Assembly (NCBI GenBank): GCA_963662315.1
Contig: OY759353.1
Span: forward strand, 384,001 to 448,000
Direction: 5' to 3'
DNA length: 64,000 nucleotides
DNA from: Geopsychrobacteraceae bacterium
GTDB lineage: Bacteria > Desulfobacterota > Desulfuromonadia > Desulfuromonadales > Geopsychrobacteraceae
Part shown: positions 20,415 through 31,697 of the stretch, piece after piece
Layout: the number at the start of each line of letters is the position of its first letter
Position numbering within the stretch: the first letter of the stretch is position 1
The notes under the pieces: model-generated
What the model saw: only the letters and a program-made list of their open reading frames with translations
Told to the model about the DNA's origin: nothing
The model's database searches: none
Program-made: the position numbers and the translations under genes

Positions 20415-22373
20415 ATGTCTGAGCCCCAATCCCTGATTCCCAAAATCGTTCTGGTTGGTAATCCTAATGTTGGTAAAAGTGTCCTTTTCAATGTTCTGAC
20501 CGGTGCCTACACGACCGTCTCCAATTACCCTGGTACTTCTGTCGAAGTGTCGCGGGGTAGCTGCAGTATAGCAGAGCGGAAATATGAAATTCTGGATACC
20601 CCCGGAATGTATTCGATGATGCCGATCACTGAGGAAGAGCGGGTGGCCAGACATATTCTCCTGACAGAGGATCCACACGCGGTTGTTCATGTCATTGATG
20701 CACGCAATATTGAACGCATGTTGCCAATGACATTGCAGCTTATCGAGGCCGGGTTGCCGGTCATCCTGGTTGTCAACATCCTTGATGAGGCCGAACGACT
20801 TGGTATTAAGATAGACCTTGAAAAAATGCAGGACAAACTGGGAGTACCGGTCATCGGTGCGATCATGCGCCGAAAAGTCGGGCTGTCTGAATTGCAGGCT
20901 GCTATCGCGGCCTATGCCATGGTTCCCCATAAACCGTTCGTTTATGCTGATGATCTCGAGCATGATCTGCATCAGCTGGTGAGACTGCTCAAGGGGGATT
21001 ACCGCCTCAGTAACAGGGCTGTATGTATGTTGTTATTGCAGCGGGACGAGGAGGTGGCCCAGATCGTCGAAACCAGGGAAAGTGCGGATGACTTTTTTCT
21101 GCTGCGTGAGAAAATACGTGAAATTTCGTTCCGGCGGCGGGCAGACCTGCATCTTCAGATCAGTTTAGAGCGGCGCAAAGTATGTACTCAGATGCTCTCT
21201 GGGGTGTTGACTCAGGAACCGCATAATAGTGCCTCTTTCGGTGAAAAATTATCGGGATGGATGGTTAACCCGATTACCGGTGCTCCTATTTTGCTGCTGG
21301 TGGTTTATTTTGGATTGTTCAAATTTGTGGGGGGATTTGGAGCCGGGACTCTGGTTGATTTTCTTGAGGGGCATCTGTTTGAAACCTATTTGAATCCTCC
21401 GGTTATTCATGCGGCCCAGAAGTACCTAAGTGCCAATTGGCTGTTTGAGCTGGTTGCTGGCGAATATGGGCTGTGGACCTTGGGGATCCGCTATGCGGTT
21501 GCTTTAGTCCTGCCCATTGTCGGGTCGTTTTTCCTGGTATTTTCGCTGCTGGAAGATACAGGGTACTTCCCCCGCTTGGCGCTGCTGGTTGATCGTCTGT
21601 TTAAACACATCGGACTGTCTGGACGGGCCGTTATTCCTATCGTGCTCGGTTTTGGCTGCGATACCATGGCTACTCTTGTTACCCGTACCCTGGAAACCAC
21701 CAGAGAGCGCGTTATCGCGACTATGCTGCTGGCTCTGGCCATCCCCTGCAGTGCCCAGCTTGGTGTTATCCTTGGTTTGTTGTCGATTTCCTTTAAGGCA
21801 TTACTGGTCTGGTCGTTATGTCTGATTTTCATTTTCTTGCTCATCGGTCTGATTGCGTCAAAGCTGTTACCCGGCGAAAGTCCTGTCTTCTATATGGAAA
21901 TACCGCCTTTGAGACTTCCTCAGTTGCATAATGTCCTGGTTAAGACCCTCACCAGAATGCAGAGTTACTTTTTGGAAATATTGCCGCTTTTTTTGGTTGC
22001 GTCAGTAATTCTCTGGGCTGGTAAAATGACAGGATTGTTAGCTTCCCTGGTCGATGCGCTGTCTGTCGTTGTTGAGATGATCGGGTTACCGGCAGAAGCG
22101 ACAACCGCTTTTGTCTTTGGTTTTTTCCGGCGTGACTTTGGTGCTGCCGGGCTTTACGATCTGCAGACTTCCGGGGTGTTGAATATTTCGCAATTGACTG
22201 TGGCAGCTGTTACTCTGACCCTCTTCGTCCCGTGTGTCGCACAATTCCTGGTTATGGGACGAGAACGGGGGGCTAAGGTTGCTTTGAGCATTTTTGTTTT
22301 TGTTACATTGCTGGCATTTTCATCAGGGTGGCTGCTCAATCGTTTATTGGCAGCGACGGGTTTTCTTGCATGA
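20415..22373 (+). CDS. feoB: Ferrous iron transporter FeoB
   Basis: GNPNVGKS, NYPGTSV, DTPG, gate motifs LGFGC and PCSAQ. Confidence 0.95.
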   Translation: MSEPQSLIPKIVLVGNPNVGKSVLFNVLTGAYTTVSNYPGTSVEVSRGSCSIAERKYEILDTPGMYSMMPITEEERVARHILLTEDPHAVVHVIDARNIERMLPMTLQLIEAGLPVILVVNILDEAERLGIKIDLEKMQDKLGVPVIGAIMRRKVGLSELQAAIAAYAMVPHKPFVYADDLEHDLHQLVRLLKGDYRLSNRAVCMLLLQRDEEVAQIVETRESADDFFLLREKIREISFRRRADLHLQISLERRKVCTQMLSGVLTQEPHNSASFGEKLSGWMVNPITGAPILLLVVYFGLFKFVGGFGAGTLVDFLEGHLFETYLNPPVIHAAQKYLSANWLFELVAGEYGLWTLGIRYAVALVLPIVGSFFLVFSLLEDTGYFPRLALLVDRLFKHIGLSGRAVIPIVLGFGCDTMATLVTRTLETTRERVIATMLLALAIPCSAQLGVILGLLSISFKALLVWSLCLIFIFLLIGLIASKLLPGESPVFYMEIPPLRLPQLHNVLVKTLTRMQSYFLEILPLFLVASVILWAGKMTGLLASLVDALSVVVEMIGLPAEATTAFVFGFFRRDFGAAGLYDLQTSGVLNISQLTVAAVTLTLFVPCVAQFLVMGRERGAKVALSIFVFVTLLAFSSGWLLNRLLAATGFLA

Positions 22374-22561
22374 TATGCGGATTCTGCCATAAGGATATCC
22401 CCGATGATATTGGTGCTCCTGATGGACATAAATCGTGTGGTCACTGTTTTGGGGGCTGTAAAAAAATTCACTGTCCCTACTGTGGATTTGCCAATCCTGC
22501 ACCCGGGAAATTTTTATCCAGATTGCTGCGCAAACAGGAGAAGGGATCTGAAAATGAATAG
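22370..22561 (+). CDS. Small Cys-rich putative metal-binding protein (63 aa)
   Basis: MICGFC...CGHCFGGCKKIHCPYCG with 7 Cys; ATGA overlap with the feoB stop; 3' end overlaps the ideR start. Confidence 0.75.
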   Translation: MICGFCHKDIPDDIGAPDGHKSCGHCFGGCKKIHCPYCGFANPAPGKFLSRLLRKQEKGSENE

Positions 22562-23207
22562 GCTGTCAGAAAAAGCAGAAGAAATTCTTGAAACCCTTTG
22601 GGTCCTGACCGTTGAAGGACAGGATGTCGGAGTTCTTTGCGACACATTAAAGGTCACTTCAGAGTCGGAGGAATTGAAAGAACTGTTGGGAAAAGCTTTT
22701 GTCGAACTGCGTAGCGACCGAATCCTTCTGCGTAAAGAAGGGTATAACGAAGCAAAGCTGACGGTGCGCCGACATCGACTTGCTGAGCGTCTGACTATGG
22801 ATATTCTTGGTATTGAAGGTGACGAAGCTAATGAACAGGCGTGTGCTTTTGAACATCTGTTGCGTCAGGGGGTAGACAGTAAGCTCTGTACCCTGCTGAA
22901 TCATCCAACGACTTGCCCCCATGGGAATCCCATTCCTCCCGGAGAATGTTGTGTTGTAGCAAGGCAGCAGGGGGAGCCGGGGATCGTGGCCTTGACCGAA
23001 CTCAAGTCGGGAGAGTCAGGTGAAATTGCCTATCTGTCCGCCAGTGATGATAAAAAAATGCAGAAACTTATGAGTATGGGAGTTCTGCCAGGTAGTCAAC
23101 TGCTGTTGATGCAGAAATTTCCCAGTTATATCTTCAAGGTGGGACATTCCCAGTTTGCAATTGACGATACCCTGGCCCGTGAAATTCATATCCGGAGAGC
23201 TGAGTAA
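22554..23207 (+). CDS. ideR: DtxR/IdeR family metal-dependent regulator with C-terminal FeoA domain
   Basis: VRRHRLAERL, ACAFEH, TTCPHGNPIP, KLMSMGVLPG (FeoA); start ATG 22554. Confidence 0.88.
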   Translation: MNRLSEKAEEILETLWVLTVEGQDVGVLCDTLKVTSESEELKELLGKAFVELRSDRILLRKEGYNEAKLTVRRHRLAERLTMDILGIEGDEANEQACAFEHLLRQGVDSKLCTLLNHPTTCPHGNPIPPGECCVVARQQGEPGIVALTELKSGESGEIAYLSASDDKKMQKLMSMGVLPGSQLLLMQKFPSYIFKVGHSQFAIDDTLAREIHIRRAE

Positions 23208-23212
23208 CGATT

Positions 23213-23773
23213 ATGGTCCGATGTTCCTGGTGTAGCGACGATCCTGTATATGTGGATTATCATGACAAGGAGTGGGGTGTTCCGCTCTATAATGATCAAC
23301 GCTTGTTTGAAATGCTCTGTCTTGAGGGGGCTCAGGCCGGTCTAAGCTGGTTGACAGTTCTTAAAAAGCGCGCTCATTACCGGCAGGTTTTCGCCAACTT
23401 TGACTGGCACGCTATGGCACGTTATTCGGAGAATGATGTTGCGCGGCTTCTGCAGGATCCCGGAATTATTCGGAATCGTTTGAAAGTCAATGCCTTTGTT
23501 TGTAACGCCAGGGCAATGGTGACTTTTCTGGATAAACACGATTCTTTTGCCGACTTCCTGTGGAACTATGTTGATGGCAGACCGATTCAGAATAGCTGGG
23601 CCTCAATTGCTGATGTGCCAGCGGAAACCCCTGTGTCACGAATGCTCAGTAAGGATTTGAAAAAACTCGGTTTCCGTTTTGTCGGCTCGACTATTTGTTA
23701 TGCCTATATGCAGTCCGTCGGTCTGGTGAATGATCATACGACTGATTGTTTTCGTTACCACGAGTTGCTCTGA
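23213..23773 (+). CDS. tag: DNA-3-methyladenine glycosylase I
   Basis: RCSW..YHDKEWG, LEGAQAGLSW, IIRNRLK, GLVNDH..C. Confidence 0.95.
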   Translation: MVRCSWCSDDPVYVDYHDKEWGVPLYNDQRLFEMLCLEGAQAGLSWLTVLKKRAHYRQVFANFDWHAMARYSENDVARLLQDPGIIRNRLKVNAFVCNARAMVTFLDKHDSFADFLWNYVDGRPIQNSWASIADVPAETPVSRMLSKDLKKLGFRFVGSTICYAYMQSVGLVNDHTTDCFRYHELL

Positions 23774-23849
23774 TTTCAAGCCTTTTGCGAAGTAAAGCAG
23801 TAGACAGATGCTGCCTTTTGGCAAATAGTCTGTGTCCCAATGAAACTGG

Positions 23850-25124
23850 CTAGCCGAACCAGACCACGTTTAGCAGTCCCGCACATAGCCACAAGTAGAT
23901 CAGATATTTCCAGTGCAATTTTATAATCTGGGCATTGCCGGCGTGGTAACGACTGACCATCGCCAGTCCGATTCCTGACAGGGGGCTGCAGCCATTGGCT
24001 AAGCCCCAGACAAAAAGATACAAAAAGGCCAATTGGTTGGGGTCGACATTTAACGGTGCCAGAAACGGACTGACCGAGGCAATGCTGACCACTGGGTGGA
24101 TACCGATCAGACATAAAAGAGACATGATACCGCTGAGACACATAAACATTAAAGGACTAAAAGTGCTGATGTCAAAGGTCAGGGCTGCTGGGAAGGCCTT
24201 GATGATAGCGGAAATTCCGGTGGAAAAAACACCAGCGACCAGGAACAGAGCGTACTGACTGGATGTACTCGGTAGTTTTTCACTGATAAAGCGAACTGTT
24301 TGCTGTCCTCGAGAGCGGGTTTTCATGAAGACCTGGGCTCCTGCGGGCGCCAGAATACTGATCAGGGTCAGGATGCTGATGTCCGGTATGGCCCAGTGAC
24401 CAATCAGGACAAATATTGCCAGAAACATTGGCATGATCAGACTTTCAACCGTCAATGGGTATCCTTCAAAGGCGTCCTTTTCCAGTTTATACGCATCGTA
24501 GTAAGTGATTAAAAACATAGGAATTGTCAGGATCAGACCGGGAATGACAGTCTTTTGCCATTCTGTTCCGGGGGCGTATGTTAGCGCTACCCCCGTGGCG
24601 ACAAAAAAAGGTGACCAGAACGCAGCGGTGCTGAAACTGCGCATGCACAGCTGGACCTGAGCCGGTGTCAGGCGGCCGGAGCGCATCAGTCGGTCTCCGA
24701 CAACAAAGATGATGGACAGGTTGATGACAGCTCCCAGCAGGTGACAGGTCAGGATTGTAGAGGTTATGCCTTTACGCCCACTGGGGAGCTTTGATTGATG
24801 CCCCGTGGGATTGGCCAGGGATAAAAAAGAAACGGTCCCAAGCATTGTTACCAAAGGAATGTTGCGTGACAACATGCCCAGCCAGTCGATGGTTATTCCC
24901 TTGCTCAGTGCAATAGTAATCAGGATAACGCCGGCGACGAGCAGCAGCAGTGTCTGCTGTTTCGCTGTTTTGCCCAATTGCGGCCAGCACACCAGGACAG
25001 CAGACCATCCCAGAATTGACGGAACAATGATGGGCAGCGTTGTGAATACGGAGATTATATATAGAAAACAGCTGGTTGCTATTAGCCAACCAATGATGGG
25101 GGTTCGCGCTGTAGTGCCTGACAT
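23850..25124 (-). CDS. Multi-pass membrane protein, putative secondary transporter of unknown substrate
   Basis: About 11-12 hydrophobic segments; motifs HLLGAVINLS, AAFWSPFF, GIHPV; start uncertain. Confidence 0.7.
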   Translation of the reverse strand: MSGTTARTPIIGWLIATSCFLYIISVFTTLPIIVPSILGWSAVLVCWPQLGKTAKQQTLLLLVAGVILITIALSKGITIDWLGMLSRNIPLVTMLGTVSFLSLANPTGHQSKLPSGRKGITSTILTCHLLGAVINLSIIFVVGDRLMRSGRLTPAQVQLCMRSFSTAAFWSPFFVATGVALTYAPGTEWQKTVIPGLILTIPMFLITYYDAYKLEKDAFEGYPLTVESLIMPMFLAIFVLIGHWAIPDISILTLISILAPAGAQVFMKTRSRGQQTVRFISEKLPSTSSQYALFLVAGVFSTGISAIIKAFPAALTFDISTFSPLMFMCLSGIMSLLCLIGIHPVVSIASVSPFLAPLNVDPNQLAFLYLFVWGLANGCSPLSGIGLAMVSRYHAGNAQIIKLHWKYLIYLWLCAGLLNVVWFG

Positions 25125-25421
25125 GTATTTAACCTGGTAAAATTGAAAGATTGAGTGAAGAGATATCGTGACAGTGTCATGAGGGCGTATCTGCTGATAC
25201 CGCCCGGACATTGTCTGGATCTTGGTGTTCTAACCATATCGCTCAAAACATATTGTATCAATTATTTTTGTTCGTCCAGTCATCCCTTTCAACGGATAAA
25301 TTGTGACTTGCTAACTAAAAACTCTGGAGATTGAAGACTATTTTTTCATGTTCGCTTGAGCTATACTGCCCAACCACTTTTACCAACGTGATTTTTACCA
25401 ACATAAAAACAGGAGCAACAA

Positions 25422-26517
25422 ATGTTTCGTGAGCCAAAAGAGACCGTCAAAGAATTGCAGGAAAAACTTCAGGAATTATGGAGGTATCTTTGACGTCCCT
25501 GGCAAAACAGAACGGGTAGCCGAGCTTGAAGCTGAAATAGCTCAACCTGATTTCTGGAATCGGGGGGATGCTGCACAGGAGTTGTTAAGGGAAAGAACCC
25601 GTCTGCAGAAAATCGTGGAGGATTGTAACACTGCCAGACGCGAGCTTGATGATATCGGCGTACTGATTGAATTAGGCGAAGAGGGGAGGGACGAAGATAC
25701 TCTTGCCGAGGTCAATGCGCTTCTTCCTGATCTGGAACAAGTGATCGGGCAAATGGAATTTGCCCGGATGTTGTCTGGTCAACACGATGTCAGTAATGCA
25801 ACCTTCAGTATCAATGCCGGTGCCGGAGGAACGGAAGCCCAGGACTGGGCTGATATGTTGCTGCGTATGTATCTGCGTTACTGCGAAAAAAAGGGTTTCA
25901 AAACTGAGTTTACTGAATATCAGGCCGGTGATGATGCCGGTCTTAAGAGCGCGACCTTTACCGTTGAAGGGGATTACGCTTACGGATATCTGAAATCTGA
26001 GAACGGCATTCATCGACTGGTGCGTATTTCTCCATTTGATTCAAATGCCAGACGCCATACGTCTTTCTGCTCGGTCTTTGTTTTTCCTGAACTTGATGAT
26101 TCTATCGAAGTTGAGATTGAGGATAAGGATATCAAGGTGGACACCTTCCGGGCCAGCGGCGCCGGTGGTCAGCATATCAATAAAACCGACTCTGCTATCC
26201 GCATTACCCACATTCCGACCGGTATTGTTGTCAGCTGCCAAAATCAGCGTTCCCAACACAGTAACCGGGCGACGGCTTTGCAACAGCTTAAAGCGCGCTT
26301 GTATGAGATGGAGCGGCAGAAAAAAGAAGCTGAAGCAGCGGCATTTTCTGAAGATAAGAAGGAAATCGGTTGGGGCAGTCAGATCCGTTCTTATGTCCTT
26401 CACCCATATCGCATGGTCAAGGATCATCGAACCGGGCATGAAACCGGGAATACCGACGCGGTTCTCGATGGTGACCTGGATGGATTTATCGAAGCTTACC
26501 TGTTGCAGGGTAAGTGA
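25422..26517 (+). CDS. prfB: Peptide chain release factor 2 (programmed +1 frameshift at 25488-25494)
   Basis: SD AGGAG, ATG 25422, 23 codons to CTT TGA C with internal SD GGAGG; second frame has SPF and GGQ motifs. Confidence 0.96.
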
Positions 26518-26636
26518 TATCGCAGGGGGTAATTGTTACGGCGCTTTTTCTTTTAGAAATAGCGCCGTAAATGATTGACTTGCCAGTGCTTGTTGGATAA
26601 ATTCATCGGTTATATATTTATCTTCCCAAATTATAA

Positions 26637-28112
<1,476 letters not shown>

Positions 28113-28115
28113 TCG

Positions 28116-29675
28116 ATGCAAGACATTCATAAGGAAAAGATTCTGATCCTCGACTTCGGATCACAGTATACTCAACTGATTGCCCGGCGGGTGCGTGAAT
28201 GTCACGTTTATTGTGAACTGCACCCGTTCGATATGGCTCTTGATGATATCAAGGCCTTTGGCGCCAAAGGAATTATTCTCTCCGGTGGGCCAAAGTCTGT
28301 TTATGAAGATGGTGCCCCTGAGATTGCCGAGGAGCTGTTTGAACTGGGCGTTCCTGTTCTGGGTATCTGTTATGGTATGCAACTGATGAGTCGTCACTTT
28401 GGCGGTAAAGTCATTGCAGCCGGTAAGCGCGAATATGGACATGCTGAACTGCTGAGTCAGGGGCAACCCGGCCCGTTGTTTGATGGTTTTTTCAGTAACG
28501 GGAAAAGTTCGGTGTGGATGAGCCATGGTGACCATGTCGAAGAGGTTCCTGATGGATTTGAGGTTGTCGCCTGTACCGCCAATGCTCCGGTTTGCGCTAT
28601 TCAGAATGTTGAGCGCCAGCTTTACGGAGTTCAATTCCATCCTGAAGTGAACCATACGCCACAAGGCGCATTGTTTGTTGAAACCTTTGTCCGCAAGATC
28701 TGTCAGTGCTCAGCTTCCTGGACTCCTGGTCGAATTATTGAGGATGCAGTCTCACGCATTAAGGAAGCGGTTGGCAGCGAGCAGGTTATCCTTGGTCTGT
28801 CAGGTGGGGTCGATTCCTCTGTTGCCGCAGCTTTAATCCATCGCGCTATCGGCGATCAACTGCATTGTGTGTTTGTTGATAACGGACTGCTGCGGTTGAA
28901 TGAAGGCGATCAAGTCATGGACACTTTTGCCCAGAATATGGGGGTCAAGGTGACCCGTGTTAATGCTCAGCAACGCTTTTATGATGATCTTGCCGGTGTC
29001 ACTGACCCGGAACAGAAACGTAAAATTATCGGCAAGCTGTTTGTTGATATTTTTGAAGAAGAATCAAAGAAGATCAGCGGAGCAACTTTTTTGGCGCAGG
29101 GAACCATTTATCCTGATGTTATTGAATCTGCCGGAGCTAAAACCGGAAAAGCCCATAACATTAAGAGTCATCACAATGTCGGCGGACTTCCTGACTACAT
29201 GAAGCTGAAACTTCTTGAGCCCTTACGTGAACTGTTCAAGGATGAGGTGCGGGCTATCGGCGAGGAACTTGGTTTGCCCCACCAGATGGTCTGGCGCCAT
29301 CCGTTCCCCGGTCCTGGTCTTGGTGTTCGTGTGTTAGGTGAAGTTAAAGAGGAGTACTGTGATATCCTCCGCCAGGCTGATGCGATTTATATCGAAGAGC
29401 TTTACAGCACTGGCCACTATCATAAGATCAGTCAGGCTTTTGCCGTCTTTCTGCCGGTCAAATCGGTTGGAGTTATGGGCGATGGTCGTACTTATGAGTA
29501 TGTTGTCGCTTTGCGAGCGGTCGAAACCAAGGATTTTATGACCGCCGGCTGGTATCCCATGCCCTATGCTGATCTTGCGCGTATCAGTAATCGCATTATC
29601 AATGAAGTTAAAGGAATTAATCGGGTTACTTACGATATCTCCAGTAAGCCACCAGCAACGATAGAGTGGGAATAA
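28116..29675 (+). CDS. guaA: GMP synthase (glutamine-hydrolyzing)
   Basis: [29 protein letters not shown]. Confidence 0.98.
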   Translation: MQDIHKEKILILDFGSQYTQLIARRVRECHVYCELHPFDMALDDIKAFGAKGIILSGGPKSVYEDGAPEIAEELFELGVPVLGICYGMQLMSRHFGGKVIAAGKREYGHAELLSQGQPGPLFDGFFSNGKSSVWMSHGDHVEEVPDGFEVVACTANAPVCAIQNVERQLYGVQFHPEVNHTPQGALFVETFVRKICQCSASWTPGRIIEDAVSRIKEAVGSEQVILGLSGGVDSSVAAALIHRAIGDQLHCVFVDNGLLRLNEGDQVMDTFAQNMGVKVTRVNAQQRFYDDLAGVTDPEQKRKIIGKLFVDIFEEESKKISGATFLAQGTIYPDVIESAGAKTGKAHNIKSHHNVGGLPDYMKLKLLEPLRELFKDEVRAIGEELGLPHQMVWRHPFPGPGLGVRVLGEVKEEYCDILRQADAIYIEELYSTGHYHKISQAFAVFLPVKSVGVMGDGRTYEYVVALRAVETKDFMTAGWYPMPYADLARISNRIINEVKGINRVTYDISSKPPATIEWE

Positions 29676-29701
29676 GTGCTGAGATTTGTCGTTGCTTTAC
29701 T

Positions 29702-29732
29702 AAGGGCTGCCTCTTTTGAGGCAGCCTTTTTT
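29702..29732 (+). terminator. Intrinsic terminator after guaBA
   Basis: AAGGGCTGCCTC-TTTT-GAGGCAGCCTTTTTT. Confidence 0.88.
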
Positions 29733-30134
29733 CGTGTGTGGCGGGGAGCGCAGATTGCCCTGTTTCTGTTTTTAGCTTTTTGCTTGTGTGAATTATCTGC
29801 AACAAAAGTGACCTATTGTTACAACAAATTTCTCTATCGCTATAAAGCGACATGTCTATTTTATCGTATGCCAAATCCCGCTGGTCATACCGCTAAATCT
29901 TTTATACAGGAAAATAGAGTATTTTGAATTTTATCAGGTATATTTTGTGCATCCAGTTTTTTAATTAAAATTTAATTGTAGCAGGTATCGGTGGTCTGCG
30001 GTTTTGATCAGTATTGATATTTCATATCGAAACAGGTAAATGTAACATTTTTCAGCCCGGATAATATTGGTCGTTAACGCTGAAAATATTGCCTGCCAAG
30101 CAGTCCACTATCAAATGTAAAGGAGACATTGTTC

Positions 30135-31697
30135 ATGGCAAGCTTTAGGTTTTCCCGACTCATTGTGGGAATCTTTTTCGTTGTTTGTACTATTTACCCA
30201 TCACGTTCTTTTGCTCAGGAAGTTTTCGACTTCGCTGCAGTATCAGCTATTGCGGAAAAACTGTCCCAAAGCGAGTATAGTCCACCCGACAGCCTATCTG
30301 ATATCGTTAAAAATTTAAGTTATGATCAATGGCGAAGCATTCGACAACGGCCTGAAAAAGCCTATTGGAAGGGGCAGAAAAGACTCTTTAATCTGCAGTT
30401 TTTTCATCCCGGTTTCGTTTACGACCGTAGTGTGAAAATCAATATTGTCAATCAGCAGAAGATCACAGTACTACCGGTTCAACGTGACTGGTTTGATTAC
30501 AGTGGTTTACCTCTGGCTCCTCAGATTCCTGAACAGATCGGTGCAGCCGGATTCCGGGTTCACTATCCTTTGAAAAATAAAAATTATTTTGATGAATTTC
30601 TTGTTTTTCTTGGGGGGAGTTATCTGCGTGCCGTTGGAACGGATGATCAGTATGGCCTGTCGGCCCGCGGCTTAGCCCTTAATACGGCCCTTGCCAAAGG
30701 GGAAGAATTTCCATGGTTTCGTGAATTCTGGATCGTTCAGCCCAAGCAGAAAGATACGGGGATTACGATTTATGCCTTGCTTGACAGCCCGAGTGTTTCC
30801 GGGGCTTATCGGTTTGTTGCCAATCCCGGAAAGGAAACCGATATTGATGTTCGAAGCCGACTGTTTTTCAGGAAAAGCGTCGAAAAGGTTGGCATTGCAC
30901 CTTTGACCAGTATGTATTTTTTTGGCGAGAACAATCGTAAGCCAGGTTTAAATGATTTCCGACCGGAAGTTCATGATTCTGATGGACTTCAGATTCTTTT
31001 CGATAATGGTGAATGGCTGTGGCGTCCGTTGAACAATCCACGCTACCTTCAGGTCAACAGTTTCTCTGGAACCGGTATCAAGGGGTTCGGTCTTTTACAA
31101 CGCGATCGTGATTTTCATGACTATGAAGACCTGGAAGCCAATTACCATCAACGTCCCAGCCTTTGGATTGAACCAACCTCTGACTGGGGGGCCGGCAAGG
31201 TTGAACTGGTCCAGATTCCGACCAAAGACGAAATTCATGATAATATTGTCGCCTTCTGGGTGTCTGATTCTCCCGTGAGCGCTGGTGACAGCCGCGAGTT
31301 TTCGTACCGCATGCGCTGGGGGCAGGGGGAAGGTTTCGAACCACCGGCAGCACGCGCTACAGCAACGCGCATGAGTTTTTCTGAAGAGGGGATGGTGCGG
31401 CGTTTTGTGGTCGATTTTTCTGGTCATAATTTACAGTCATTGGCTGCGGATACTTCGTTGTCGGCCAATGTGAACTGCAGTGATGGCGCGGCAATTCGGA
31501 ACGTTACGGTGCAGAAAAATCAATACGATCATTCATGGCGGTTAAGCTTTGAACTGATTGCCCGCCCGGTATCAACCCTTGAAAAGGTTTTACCCGATAA
31601 TGGTGCTCCTATTGAAGTTAGGGCATTTCTCAACAATGCTACCGATGTGGTTTCTGAAACCTGGAGTTATAATATCAGCAGAAAGACAGGGCTATGA
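30135..31697 (+). CDS. opgG: Osmoregulated periplasmic glucan biosynthesis protein G (OpgG/OpgD family)
   Basis: Signal peptide; YGLSARGLA, EEFP.FREFW, DFRPEVHDSDGL, DNIVAFW, ETWSY. Confidence 0.88.
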   Translation: MASFRFSRLIVGIFFVVCTIYPSRSFAQEVFDFAAVSAIAEKLSQSEYSPPDSLSDIVKNLSYDQWRSIRQRPEKAYWKGQKRLFNLQFFHPGFVYDRSVKINIVNQQKITVLPVQRDWFDYSGLPLAPQIPEQIGAAGFRVHYPLKNKNYFDEFLVFLGGSYLRAVGTDDQYGLSARGLALNTALAKGEEFPWFREFWIVQPKQKDTGITIYALLDSPSVSGAYRFVANPGKETDIDVRSRLFFRKSVEKVGIAPLTSMYFFGENNRKPGLNDFRPEVHDSDGLQILFDNGEWLWRPLNNPRYLQVNSFSGTGIKGFGLLQRDRDFHDYEDLEANYHQRPSLWIEPTSDWGAGKVELVQIPTKDEIHDNIVAFWVSDSPVSAGDSREFSYRMRWGQGEGFEPPAARATATRMSFSEEGMVRRFVVDFSGHNLQSLAADTSLSANVNCSDGAAIRNVTVQKNQYDHSWRLSFELIARPVSTLEKVLPDNGAPIEVRAFLNNATDVVSETWSYNISRKTGL

